Assembly (NCBI GenBank): GCA_963754655.1
Contig: CAVWGN010000001.1
Location: 1,408,001 to 1,472,000, forward strand
Reading direction: 5' to 3'
DNA: 64,000 nt
From: an uncultured Chlamydiae bacterium
Lineage (GTDB): Bacteria > Chlamydiota > Chlamydiia > Chlamydiales > Parachlamydiaceae
In this document: in pieces, positions 9,766 to 20,285 of the stretch
How the letters are laid out: the number at the start of each line of letters is the position of its first letter
Numbering within the stretch: the first letter of the stretch is position 1
Program-made: the position numbers and the translations under genes
The notes under the pieces: generated by a model
What the model saw: only the letters and a program-made list of their open reading frames with translations
Told to the model about the DNA's origin: nothing
Databases searched by the model: none

Positions 9766-11132
9766 TTAGCCATTTTCCTGAATGGCAGCCAAGACAATCT
9801 CTTGAATGGTTTCATGTGCATAAGGGAGAGTATCGACATTTTGCTTCACGGCGGCTAAGACAATTTGTAGATCTTTTTTAAAGCCTTCATCTGCAAATGC
9901 GAGAGCCAAGCCAAACTGCTTGACGGCAGCTAAGACAATCGCTCGATCTTTTTAAGAGTTTCATCTGCAAATTGAAGAGCATTGCCATGTTGCTGAACGG
10001 CAGCCAAGACAATCTCTCGATCTTTTTTAAGGCTTTCATCTGCAAATTGAAGAGCATAGCCATGTTGCTTAACGGCAGCCAAAACAATCTCTCGATCTTT
10101 TTTAAAGCCTTCATCTGCAAATGCGAGAGCCAAGCCAAACTGCTTAACGGCAGCTAAGACAATCGCTCGATCTTTTTTAAGAGTTTCATCTACATATCGA
10201 AGAGCATAGCCATTTTGATGAACTGCAGCCAAGACAATCTCTCGATCTTTTTTAAGGCTTTCATCTGCAAATTGAAGAGCATAGCCATGTTGCTTAACGG
10301 CAGCCAAAACAATTTCTCGATCTTTTTTAAGGCTTTCATCCGCATATCGAAGAGCTATTCCATTTTTCTGAACGGCAGCCAAGACAATCTCTCGATCTTT
10401 TTTAAAGCCTTCATCTATATCAAAAACAGAAGCTCCGAAATAGCGAGCAACTTGAATAAAAATTTTTTTATCATCGTTAAGATTGCGAAATTTTTTAAGA
10501 GTAGACAGGAGAGATGTTTTTCCCTCGTGCCATCTTTGAGCTTGACCGGCAAAATAAAATCTTTCAATAAACTCATTTTTGATAACGGTTAATTTTTCTT
10601 CATCACTCCCTGATATAAGAGAATTTAAAATAGACAATTGATTTTCAGCAATCATCCGGATGCGCTGATTGGCGCTGTTTTTGCAAATTTCGGGTTTCCA
10701 TATATAGCGATGCAAAAGAGAAAGAAATAAACTCTTTGAGTGAAATAATTCTGAATCAATCATCAATAATTTTTCAAATGTTCTTCTTTCTCCGATGGCT
10801 CGATCAATCAATTTAAGCTCTTGAGATGTAAAATCACTCTTTTGACCATTTGTGACGATACACTCTGGGGGAGGCGTAATAGTGAATCGATCACTGTGTG
10901 TCATTTTAAAAAAAGTCTGCAATAATGAGATGAAAGGATTTGTCTGAAGAACACTTTCCCATTTTTTACAGGTAAATAAAATAGAAGAAATATCGCTTAA
11001 AGACTGGCTCTTTTGATAGACAATCTGATCAAAAATAATTTTTAATATTTCATTAGGCATTGTATTTAAGAAGAATTCGAATTCCTCTGAAGTGCTTTGC
11101 CTTGTTTGTGAATGAAAGTTAGTAATTTGCAT
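9766..11132 (-). pseudogene. F-box-like / DUF4116-repeat gene with -1 frameshift, cluster A copy 6
   Basis: T5 at 9949-9953 where the other repeats have T6; the ORF ends early at 9930 and the normal AIQENG end lies at 9766 in another frame (a sequencing error is possible). Confidence 0.75.
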
Positions 11133-11505
11133 AATTGTCCTTTAATTTAATAATTTAATTTTAATAGCTATTATCAATTTTTTAATAAATACATATGATA
11201 ACAAATAAATTAATTTAGAAGGAGATTTATTTATTTTTGTTGCTGCTAATTAGAAATTGCTGTTTTTTCCATTTAAAAATGATCACTTTTGGAAATGAAT
11301 CCCTAGAATAGGAGGTTCTAACTAGGGGAGGTTTAATAGAGATATGAAGCCTATCACTCATTTATTAACCCAAAAAGCGATCAAGCCAAATGTCAAAAAG
11401 TGAGCATGGTAAATTCAAGGAATAAAAGAAAAACGCTGTATGATGTTAGAATTATCCTCCTTTCGGTCAACTTGAACAAAAGGAGTCTAAGAAAAAATCG
11501 TAAGC

Positions 11506-11859
11506 TTAGCCATTTTCCTGAATAGCAGCCAAGACAATCTCTTGAATGGTTTCATCTGCATAGCGAAGAGCGTCGCCTAGTTGCTGAACGGCTGCCAAGA
11601 CAATCTCTAGATCTTTTCTAAGGTTTTCATCTGCAAATTGAAGAGCATTGCCATGTTGCTGAACAGCAGCTAAGACAATCTCTCGATCTTTTTTAAAGCT
11701 TTCATCTGCATATTCAAGAAAATAGCCCTCTTTCTGAACGGCAGCCAAGACAAGCTCTCGATCTTTTTTAAGGCTTTCATCTGCAAATCGAAAAGCCAAG
11801 CCCTCTTTCTGAACAGCAGTCAAGACAACCTCTTTATCTTTTAAGGCTTTCATCTGCAA
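11506..11859 (-). pseudogene. 3' fragment of a DUF4116-repeat gene
   Basis: Only about 4.5 repeats plus the AIQENG end; fused directly to the truncated 3' dyad of the 11884 gene. Confidence 0.85.
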
Positions 11860-11883
11860 AAGGAGCCTAACAAAATCGTAAGT

Positions 11884-13257
11884 TTAGCCATTATCCTGAA
11901 TGGCAGCCCAGACAATGTCTTGAATGGTTGCATGTGCATAGAAAAAAGCATGGCTATTTTGCTTAACAGCAGCCAAAACAATCTGTAGATCTTTTTTAAG
12001 GGATTCATCTGCCTGGTTAAGAGTCAAGCCATTTTTCTGAACAGCAGCTAAGACAATGTCTCGATCTTTTTTAAGGCTTTCATCTGCATATTCAAGAGCC
12101 CAGCCATTTTCCTTAACGGCAGCCAAGACAATCTCTCGATCTTTTTTAAGGGGTTTATCTGCATGTTGAAGAACACTGCCATGTTGCTGAACAGCAGCTA
12201 AGACAATCTCTCGATCTTGTTTAAGGCTTTCATCTGCATATTCAAGAGCCCAGCCACTTTCCTTAACGGCAGCCAAGACAATCTCTCGATCTTTTTTAAA
12301 GATTCCATCTGCAAATTGAAGAGCATTGCAATGTTGCTGAACGGCAGCCAAGACAATCTCTCGATCTTGTTTAAGGCTTTCATCTGCATATTCAAGAGCA
12401 CTGCCATCATGTTGCTGAACGGCAGCCAAGACAATCTCTCGATCTTGTTTAAGGCTTTCATCTGCATATTCAAGAGCCCAGCCATGTTGCTTAACGGCAA
12501 CCAAAACAATTTCTCGATCTTTTTTAAGGCTTTCATGTATATCAAAAATGGAAGCTCCGAAACAGCGAGCAACTTGAATAAAAATTTTTTTATCGTTAAG
12601 GTTGAGGAATTTTTTAAGAGTAGAGATGATAGATGTGTGTATACCATATAATCTTTGATGGTGCGCGCCCAAGTAAAATTTTTCGATAAGGTCATTTTGA
12701 ATAACGGTTAATTTTTCTTCATCACTCCCTGATATAAGAGAATTTAAAATAGACAATTGATTTTCAGCAATCATCTTGATGCGTTGATTGGCGCTGTTTT
12801 TGCAAACTTCAGGGTTCCATGAATGGCGATCCAAAAGAGAAAGAAATAAACTCTTTGGGTGAAATAATGCTGAATCCATCATCAACAATTTTTCAAATGC
12901 TGTTATTTCTCTACAGGCTGGATCAATCAATTTAAGTTCCTTAGATGTAAAATCCTTCTTTTGGCTTTGGTTTGTCGCGATACACTCTTGAGGAGGCGTA
13001 ATAGTAGTGAATCGATCACTGTGTGTAATTTGAAAAAGAGTCTGCAATAATGAAATGCAAGGATTTGCTTTAAGAATCCCTTCCCACCTTTTACAGGTAA
13101 GTAAAATAGAAGAAATATCGCCTAAAGGCTGTCTTTGTTGATTGACAATCTGATCAAAAATAATATCCAATATCTCATTAGGTATTATATTTGAAAATAA
13201 TTGGAATTCCTCCGAAGTGCTTTGCCTTGTGTGTGAATGAAAGTTAGTAATTTGCAT
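11884..13257 (-). CDS. F-box-like / DUF4116-repeat protein, cluster A copy 7
   Basis: N-terminal half nearly identical to copies 4 and 5; ends AIQDNG. Confidence 0.85.
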   Translation of the reverse strand: MQITNFHSHTRQSTSEEFQLFSNIIPNEILDIIFDQIVNQQRQPLGDISSILLTCKRWEGILKANPCISLLQTLFQITHSDRFTTITPPQECIATNQSQKKDFTSKELKLIDPACREITAFEKLLMMDSALFHPKSLFLSLLDRHSWNPEVCKNSANQRIKMIAENQLSILNSLISGSDEEKLTVIQNDLIEKFYLGAHHQRLYGIHTSIISTLKKFLNLNDKKIFIQVARCFGASIFDIHESLKKDREIVLVAVKQHGWALEYADESLKQDREIVLAAVQQHDGSALEYADESLKQDREIVLAAVQQHCNALQFADGIFKKDREIVLAAVKESGWALEYADESLKQDREIVLAAVQQHGSVLQHADKPLKKDREIVLAAVKENGWALEYADESLKKDRDIVLAAVQKNGLTLNQADESLKKDLQIVLAAVKQNSHAFFYAHATIQDIVWAAIQDNG

Positions 13258-13530
13258 AATTATCCTTTAATTGAATTATTTTTTTAATTTTTGTTAGCAA
13301 CTTTTATTGATAAATATTATAAAACATAAGCTAATTTAGAAATGTATTTATTTAATTTAATTTCATCAACATTTTTTGTTTAAATAAAAAATATAAAAAA
13401 TAAATTAATGTAGGAAGAGATTTATATAATTTTAAAACAATGATCCTGTTAATTATTTAAGTCCTGGAATAGTAGAAAAATTTAAAGAAAAACGACATAC
13501 AAAGAGAGAGGGATTGACAGGGTGTTTTGC

Positions 13531-13729
13531 TGGGTTCTATCAACAAGACATCGAGTCCTGAAGAGGATGACAGAAAATTGATAATTTCTGACGTATATAA
13601 CTTATTTTAACTGGTCTTGAGTATATTGTGAGTGGTTTCAAAAAATTATTTAAGGTCTTAAATTATCAATTTTCTGTCAGCCTCGAAAGGACGGCATAAA
13701 CAAGTTACCTTCAATTGAATCATGCCAAT
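13531..13729. repeat. Single-arm remnant of palindrome family 1, interrupted by a MITE
   Basis: TGGGTTCTATCAACAAGACATCGAGTCCTGAA...GAAAGGACGGCATAAACA...ATGCCAAT aligns with 1819-1892. Confidence 0.8.
13563..13684. mobile_element. 122-bp MITE with 25-bp terminal inverted repeats
   Basis: GAGGATGACAGAAAATTGATAATTT ... AAATTATCAATTTTCTGTCAGCCTC (24/25 match), flanked by duplicated GAA; the empty site GTCCTGAAAGGAC is seen at ~1843 and ~48784. Confidence 0.85.
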
Positions 13730-13930
13730 CTTTTCCCTATATTTGTCCTCTTAAAAAGGAGAGACGGATTTTATAACTACAAATAAAATCTTTATTAATA
13801 ATTGAATTTACTGTTAAAATTCAATTGTTTATTTGATTTAATTATTTAATTAATATAAAATATAAAAAACTTAAAAATTTTAAGTTAATATAAATAACAG
13901 TAATAATTAATTTAATTAAAAGGTTTAATA

Positions 13931-15265
13931 ATGCAAACTACTGTCATTCATTCACAAACAATACCAAATAATTTCAACGAAGTCTTTTTAGATAATTTAA
14001 TTCCTACGGAGTTGTTAAAAATTATTTTTGATCAAGTTATCCATCAAAAGATCCAATCTTTACGTGATATTTCTTCTATTTTACTCACCTGTAAAAAATG
14101 GAAAATTATTTTTGAAGAGAATCCTTGTATCTCATTGATACAGGCTCTTTTTCAACTTAAAGAAAGTGATCAATCGACTATTACCCTAAAGGATTGTATA
14201 ATACCTGACCAAAAAAACCAATTTACATCTCAGGAATTGAAATTGATTGATGGAGTCTGTTTTGAAAAAAGATTTAAAAAATTGTTAATGCTCGATTTAA
14301 AAATATTTCAACCGAAAAGTTTATTTCTTCCGCTTTTGAATCGCTATTTATGGATTCCCGAAGTTTGCAAAAAGAGCGCCAACAAAAACATTCAGAATGT
14401 GGCTGAAGAGCAATTGTCTATTTTAAACTCTCTTGCATCAGGCGCTGAAGACCAAAGACTCAACTTGATCACAAAGGAAGTTATCGAAAAACTCTATCGA
14501 GGTGGTCGAGGTCGAGCATGGGGACAGGCGGAAAAATTCGTTATCTCCACTCTTAAACAATTTCCCAATCTTCATAATAAAGAATTGTTTATTCAAGTAA
14601 GCCGCTGTTTCGGAGCTTCTGTTTTTGATATAGACGAGGAGTTTAAAAAAGATCGAGAGATTGTCTTGGCTGTCATGCAACAAGATGGCCTAGCTCTTGA
14701 GTTTGCAGATGAAAGCCTTAAAAAAGATCGAGAGATTGTCTTAGCTGCCGTTCAGCAAACTGGCTATGCTCTTCAATTTGCAGATGAAACCCTTAAAAAA
14801 GATCGAGAGATTGTCTTAGCTGCCGTTCAGCAAGATGGCTATGCTCTTCAATATGCAGATAAAAGCCTTAAAAAAGATCGAGAGATTGCTTTGGCTGCCA
14901 TTAAGCAAAATAGCTATGCTCTTCAATTAGCAGATAAAAGCTTTAAAAAAGATGAAGAGATTGTCTTGGCTGCCGTTCAGAAAGAGGGCTTGGCTCTTCA
15001 ATTTGCAGATGAAAGCCTTAAAAAAGATCGAAAGATTGTCTTGGCTGCCGTTAAGCAACGCGGCTGGGCTCTTCAATATATAGATAAAAGCCTTAAAAAA
15101 GATCGAGAGATTGTCTTAGCTGCCGTTCAGCAAAGTGGCTATGCTCTTCAATATGCAGATGAAACCCTTAAAAAAGATCGAGAGATTGTCTTAGCTGCCG
15201 TTCAGCAAGATCGTTTTGCTCTTCAATTTGCAGATGAAAGCCTGAAACAGATTATCAACTTTTGA
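13931..15265 (+). CDS. F-box-like / DUF4116-repeat protein, divergently oriented copy
   Basis: LIPTELLKIIFDQV motif and about 8 repeats; degenerate out-of-frame repeat remnants continue to ~15345. Confidence 0.8.
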   Translation: MQTTVIHSQTIPNNFNEVFLDNLIPTELLKIIFDQVIHQKIQSLRDISSILLTCKKWKIIFEENPCISLIQALFQLKESDQSTITLKDCIIPDQKNQFTSQELKLIDGVCFEKRFKKLLMLDLKIFQPKSLFLPLLNRYLWIPEVCKKSANKNIQNVAEEQLSILNSLASGAEDQRLNLITKEVIEKLYRGGRGRAWGQAEKFVISTLKQFPNLHNKELFIQVSRCFGASVFDIDEEFKKDREIVLAVMQQDGLALEFADESLKKDREIVLAAVQQTGYALQFADETLKKDREIVLAAVQQDGYALQYADKSLKKDREIALAAIKQNSYALQLADKSFKKDEEIVLAAVQKEGLALQFADESLKKDRKIVLAAVKQRGWALQYIDKSLKKDREIVLAAVQQSGYALQYADETLKKDREIVLAAVQQDRFALQFADESLKQIINF

Positions 15266-15690
15266 CAGCTATTCAACAAGACCCGAAACTCGTAAATATG
15301 CGGATGAAAGCCTTAAAAGATGACTCCTTTGTCTTGACTGCATTAAACTCAATAGCAATCTAAGTATTGAGTTCCAATGCGTATACCATTATCCCGTCAC
15401 CATTGTAAGTCCAGGTGATTGGACTGCATGATATCAAGTCCGGATGGATTGTTATGTGTTGGGGTTCTGAAAAACCCCGAATATTTTTTTTAAATCGTTA
15501 TTAGTTTATCTCAAGAAAATCTATAAAAATGATACTGTTTTTGGACATGCCCTGAGCTGGGATGAGGAACCAAAAAAATATTTAATAACTAATTATTAGA
15601 ACGCTTTTCTTTCTATTTTAAAGAGAAAATATCTTAGGCTATTGTACTTTTATTTGGCGGTCTAATATTGTTAGCTGAGAGTCCCTGCAT

Positions 15691-15787
15691 CAGCCTGAAG
15701 GGCTGTAAGTGCAAAAGCCCAGGGCAACGCCCTGGGTATGAGTGAGTTGTGTTATGCAGCCTGAAGGGCTGCAAGTGTCAAATATTT
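15691..15787. repeat. REP-like three-hairpin repeat
   Basis: CAGCCTGAAGGGCTG...CCCAGGGCAACGCCCTGGG...CAGCCTGAAGGGCTG; homologous to 61447-61530 and to the outer arms of palindrome family 2. Confidence 0.8.
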
Positions 15788-15820
15788 CTAGTTGTTAAAT
15801 CCGGAACTTCAGCTCTTTTA

Positions 15821-16399
15821 TTAAGAATGAATGATATCCATTGCCCATTTAGCAGCGCAATTTCCAGCAGCTACTCCTCCTAACGCAGGAAGTACAGCAA
15901 CTGTCCAAGAGCCTGCAACAAAAAGAGTACCCAAAGCAATTGCATCAACTGCAGCTATGCCTCCCATCATTAAATCAATAGAACTCATATAGTTGTCATA
16001 TCGAGGATGTGATTTATAAGGGTTGACCTCATCTTTTAAATAGTCATCAGCTAATTTTTTTAAATAATGCGAAATTTCCACTCTCAAAATCAGCGTGATA
16101 ACTGCACTACCCAAAAAAAGTTCTGGGGCAAAATAAGCAGTTGCAATACAGCAACCCGCAAAGAAAATTTTGTCTTTATTGTTATAAACAAAAGTAGAAG
16201 CTTTATCAGCTGTTTCATGATACTTTTGGCTAACATAATGACCTGCTTGTTGGCAGTTTTGGCTTGTGACCTGATAAGCATGCTCAATAGAATCCTGCGT
16301 TCTTTGAACCTGTCTGGTCATTTTATGGTGGAGCGTTGTTCTAATATCTCCTGCCCTATCATAAGTTTGATGAAAAGTGCTTATTAAACTACTTAACAT
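15821..16399 (-). CDS. Hypothetical membrane protein (Inc-like hydrophobic profile)
   Basis: ATG at 16399 (MLSSLISTF); hydrophilic N-terminus followed by two long hydrophobic stretches. Confidence 0.65.
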   Translation of the reverse strand: MLSSLISTFHQTYDRAGDIRTTLHHKMTRQVQRTQDSIEHAYQVTSQNCQQAGHYVSQKYHETADKASTFVYNNKDKIFFAGCCIATAYFAPELFLGSAVITLILRVEISHYLKKLADDYLKDEVNPYKSHPRYDNYMSSIDLMMGGIAAVDAIALGTLFVAGSWTVAVLPALGGVAAGNCAAKWAMDIIHS

Positions 16400-16658
16400 T
16401 TTTATACCTTTATTATTTTGTTTATTAGTCGGTAATAAAATTATATAATAAAGATTATTAAATATCAATTGATATAAAATAAATTAAAGATTAAATTTAA
16501 TTTAAGGAATCTTATTGATTATACAAAAGAAATAGAAGAAACCGCTGTCATGAGACTCGTTGACATAAGTTTTTGCCTATTAGGATTAGGATGCTGAACG
16601 GTGTATACTCTTGATCTTTTTATTAAACCTTCGTTAAACTATCTTCAAAATAAGAAGG

Positions 16659-17618
16659 ATGAGGAATATGCAACGCACAAAACTGTTAATTATTGGGTCG
16701 GGACCGGCTGGATATACCGCAGCAATTTATGCAGCACGGGCGAATTTAGAGCCGGTATTATTTGAAGGATTTTATGCTGGACCTGCAGGTGGACAGCTTA
16801 TGACAACGACGGATGTTGAGAATTATCCCGGCTTTCCGGAGGGAATTTCGGGTCCTGAGCTTGTGGATCGATTTCGCGCGCAAGCAATTCGTTTTGGAAC
16901 GCAAGTGGTAAATGAAGATGTAGTAAGTGTAGATTTGAGCCGACGTCCTTTTATTGCAAAGGGACCCAAAGCCCATTTCGAGGCAGAGTCAGTGATTATT
17001 GCGACTGGGGCAACAGCTAAGCGATTAGATATTGTAGGAACGCGTGATGGAGAATTTTGGCAAAAAGGAGTAACTGCTTGTGCAGTTTGTGATGGCGCCG
17101 CCCCTATTTTTCGTAATCAGCCTCTTTTTGTTGTTGGCGGAGGAGATACAGCAATGGAAGAGTCGCTTTTCTTGACAAAATTTGGAAGCCGTGTCTATAT
17201 CGTGCATAGAAGAGATCAATTGCGAGCTTCAAAAATTATGCAAGAAAGAGTGTTTAAAAATCCTAAAATAGAAATTCTTTGGGATTCTGTTGTAGCGGCT
17301 GTAGAAGGCGATTCCATTGTGCGCAGCGTAAAGCTAGAAAATGTCAAAACAGAGCAGAAAACTACCCTGCCGGCTGGAGGTCTATTTTTTGCCATTGGCC
17401 ATTCACCCAATACTGACTTTTTACAAGGGCAAATCGAACTTCATCCTAATGGCTACATCAAAGTTTTTGAAGGAACACGGACGAATTTAGAGGGGGTGTT
17501 TGCAGCGGGTGATGTGCAAGATCACATCTATCGCCAAGCAATTACAGCAGCGGGATCAGGCTGCATGGCGGCTTTAGAGGCTGAAAGATGGTTAGCCGAA
17601 AAAGGAATTTGCTATTGA
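16659..17618 (+). CDS. trxB: Thioredoxin-disulfide reductase
   Basis: [34 protein letters not shown] active site, [18 protein letters not shown]. Confidence 0.97.
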   Translation: MRNMQRTKLLIIGSGPAGYTAAIYAARANLEPVLFEGFYAGPAGGQLMTTTDVENYPGFPEGISGPELVDRFRAQAIRFGTQVVNEDVVSVDLSRRPFIAKGPKAHFEAESVIIATGATAKRLDIVGTRDGEFWQKGVTACAVCDGAAPIFRNQPLFVVGGGDTAMEESLFLTKFGSRVYIVHRRDQLRASKIMQERVFKNPKIEILWDSVVAAVEGDSIVRSVKLENVKTEQKTTLPAGGLFFAIGHSPNTDFLQGQIELHPNGYIKVFEGTRTNLEGVFAAGDVQDHIYRQAITAAGSGCMAALEAERWLAEKGICY

Positions 17619-18445
17619 TGTCTCGTTCAAATTGTTGTAAATTTTTCATTTTTCTTTTTCTATTGAATGTTTACCGAGTAGGGGCTACGGAATATCAGCC
17701 TTGGCTTGGAAATTTTTATGAATTTGAGCTTCGTTCGTCTGTAATGTATCAGGGATATACCCACCTTTCTTCAGGCTCGCATCTAAAAAAATATTCCTCT
17801 AATGATGTTTTTCTCAATCTTAGCCTCAGTGTTGCTCGCCCAGATCCAGATGGTAGCCTCGAATTTGAAATCACTGAAGCACGTACTAGAAGGCAAAAAG
17901 GAGAGATTGATCAACTAAAACTAACAGGACGCTATTTGTGGCAAGATGATGTTGCCGGTGATCCTATCAGTTTGATCACAGGCATTAGCTATATTCAAGC
18001 CTTTTCTTCTAGTCTTAAAGATGTGAGTTCTTTTCATCATGGATTATACAATGCTGAGTTTTTTCTTTCTTTAGGTCAAGAGAAGGCAGAAGGGATTTTA
18101 TGGGATTCGCGTTGGTGGAGCGTCTTCGCCATTGGAATGGCTGAACAAGGATCCCCCTGGTTTCGATTTCGTTTAGATTATGATAAACGTTGGGAAGAGA
18201 AGCATGAAACCAAGCTATTTTTGCATTCTTTATGGGGGTTAGGACGTCATCCTCTTCGTTTAAATCATTTCCATGGTTATGGCCCTATTCAACACCAATC
18301 CATTGATTTAGGATGGCGATATACTTATCTTTTAGAGTTTTATGGGAGTGTAAGCCTTGAATATTCTTATCGCGTTTATGCACGCAATTTTCCAGCTTAT
18401 ACTCATCGTGTTATCGCTCAACTTCTCTATACTTTTGGTCTTTGA
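17618..18445 (+). CDS. Exported hypothetical protein, possible outer-membrane beta-barrel
   Basis: ATG overlaps the trxB stop; signal-peptide-like N-terminus; aromatic-rich alternating strands; ends LLYTFGL. Confidence 0.65.
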   Translation: MSRSNCCKFFIFLFLLNVYRVGATEYQPWLGNFYEFELRSSVMYQGYTHLSSGSHLKKYSSNDVFLNLSLSVARPDPDGSLEFEITEARTRRQKGEIDQLKLTGRYLWQDDVAGDPISLITGISYIQAFSSSLKDVSSFHHGLYNAEFFLSLGQEKAEGILWDSRWWSVFAIGMAEQGSPWFRFRLDYDKRWEEKHETKLFLHSLWGLGRHPLRLNHFHGYGPIQHQSIDLGWRYTYLLEFYGSVSLEYSYRVYARNFPAYTHRVIAQLLYTFGL

Positions 18446-18662
18446 ATTAAATAATTTAGCGTTATTTATATTCTTACAAAGTTTACTAAACGTATCAATT
18501 GAATTAACAAATATAAAAAACTTAAGCCTATAAAATTTGGTTATTTAAGGAATGTCACGGATTCTTTGATCTCGCTTGCGTAAGGTAGGCTTTTAAACTA
18601 ATTAACGAAAATAAACTATTTGATGAACGGTAGAAAATTTGATTCGTCAACCGAACAACAAC

Positions 18663-20069
18663 TTACAAATGCCAGACCGAGTATAATGCCAGATCGAGTA
18701 TATAGTTTTTGGGAGTTTGTAGTAGTGAAGTTAAGGCAAGTTCAATTCGAAGAGCTAAACTCACATATTCACGAGCTCGGTCATTTTGCTTAAGGGCCAC
18801 CAAGACAATTTCTCGATCTTTTTTAAGGCTTTCATCTGCATATTCAAGAGCTGTGCCATCTTGGTTAACGGCAGCCAAGACAATTTCTCGATCTTTTTTA
18901 AGACTTTCATCTGCACATTGAAGAGCTTCCGCACTTTGCTTAATGGCAGCCAAGGCAATTTCTCGATTTTTTTTAAGGCTGGCATCTGCATATTCAAGAG
19001 CCCAGCCATCTTGCTTAACGGCAGCCAAGACAATTTCTCGATCTTTTTTAAGGCTTTTACCTGCATAGCCAAGAGCATCGCCATCTTGCTGAACGGCTGC
19101 CAAAACAATCTCTCGATCTTTTCTAAGGCTTGCATCTGCATAGAGAAGAGCCCAGCCAACTTGGTTAACAGCAGCCAAGACAATTTCTCGATCTTTTGTA
19201 AGGCTTTCATCTACAAATTGGAGAGCCTTGCCATTTTGCTGAACGGCAGCCAAGATAATCTCTCGATCATTTTTAAGACTTTTATCTGCATAGACAAGAG
19301 CATAACCATCTTGGTTAACGGCAGCTAAGACAATCTCTCGATCCTTTTTAAGGCTTTCATGTATATCAAAAACAGCATATCCAAAATAGCGCGCAACTTG
19401 AATAAAAATTTTTTTATCGTTAAAATTGGGAAACTTTTTAAGGGTGGAGATGACGGATGTTTTTGCCTGCCGCCAGGTTGCACTTCGACTCGCGCCTCTA
19501 TAAAGTTTGGCAATAGAATCATTCTCGATAACCGTTAATCTTTGTTCATCCGTGCCTAATATAAGAGAATTCAAAATAGACAACTGCTCTTCGGCCACAA
19601 GCTGGATATTTTTATTGGCGCTAATTTTGCAAACGTCAAGATCCCAGGAGTAGCGATCCAAAAGAGAAAGAAATAAACTCTTTGGGTAAAATAATTTTGA
19701 ATCAACCATTAATAATTTTTTAAAGTTTTTTTTAAAGCAGACTCGATCCATCAATTTAAGTTCTTGAGATGTAAAAGACTCATTATCAGCTGTGAGGCAT
19801 GCTTGCAGGTGGCTAATAGTGGTAGAGGGTTGATGGCTACCTTTAAGTTGAAAAAGAACCTGCACCAATGAAATGCAAGGATTCTTTTGAAGAACGCCTT
19901 TCCATTTTTTACAAGTGAATAAAATAGAAGAAATATGTTTTGAAGAGTAGTTCGGGTTGACAACTTGATCAAAAATAATTCCTAATACCTCATTAGGAAT
20001 TAGTGTATCTAACAAAGAGTCGTTTGAAGTTTTGTGCATTGTTTGCAAATGAGAATGTATATTTTGCAT
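18663..20069 (-). CDS. F-box-like / DUF4116-repeat protein, cluster B copy 1
   Basis: LIPNEVLGIIFDQV motif, repeats, cluster-B tail LALRIELALTSLLQTPKNYILDLALYSVWHL. Confidence 0.85.
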   Translation of the reverse strand: MQNIHSHLQTMHKTSNDSLLDTLIPNEVLGIIFDQVVNPNYSSKHISSILFTCKKWKGVLQKNPCISLVQVLFQLKGSHQPSTTISHLQACLTADNESFTSQELKLMDRVCFKKNFKKLLMVDSKLFYPKSLFLSLLDRYSWDLDVCKISANKNIQLVAEEQLSILNSLILGTDEQRLTVIENDSIAKLYRGASRSATWRQAKTSVISTLKKFPNFNDKKIFIQVARYFGYAVFDIHESLKKDREIVLAAVNQDGYALVYADKSLKNDREIILAAVQQNGKALQFVDESLTKDREIVLAAVNQVGWALLYADASLRKDREIVLAAVQQDGDALGYAGKSLKKDREIVLAAVKQDGWALEYADASLKKNREIALAAIKQSAEALQCADESLKKDREIVLAAVNQDGTALEYADESLKKDREIVLVALKQNDRAREYVSLALRIELALTSLLQTPKNYILDLALYSVWHL

Positions 20070-20174
20070 AATTATTCTGTAAATAAGCTATTGGTTTTAC
20101 TATTTAAATTTAATTTTATTAGATGTTATAATATAAAGTTTGTGATTATGATTCAATGTATTAATTCTACCTGA

Positions 20175-20208
20175 TTAGCGCAATTTAGAAATTTCTAAAT
20201 TGCGCTAA
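20175..20208. promoter_or_regulatory. Perfect 34-bp palindrome between cluster B genes (operator- or terminator-like)
   Basis: TTAGCGCAATTTAGAAATTTCTAAATTGCGCTAA; second copy at 24350-24383 with one mismatch; function inferred. Confidence 0.5.
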
Positions 20209-20285
20209 CGCATCAAATTTTAATCGAACAGCAACAAACTATTTAACAAAATATAGAAAATTTCATTGCTCAACCAAATAAAAAC

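Noticed and set aside
20175..20208. CIRCE (HrcA) operator
   Set aside because: Only TTAGC/GCTAA match; arm sequence and spacing differ from TTAGCACTC-N9-GAGTGCTAA
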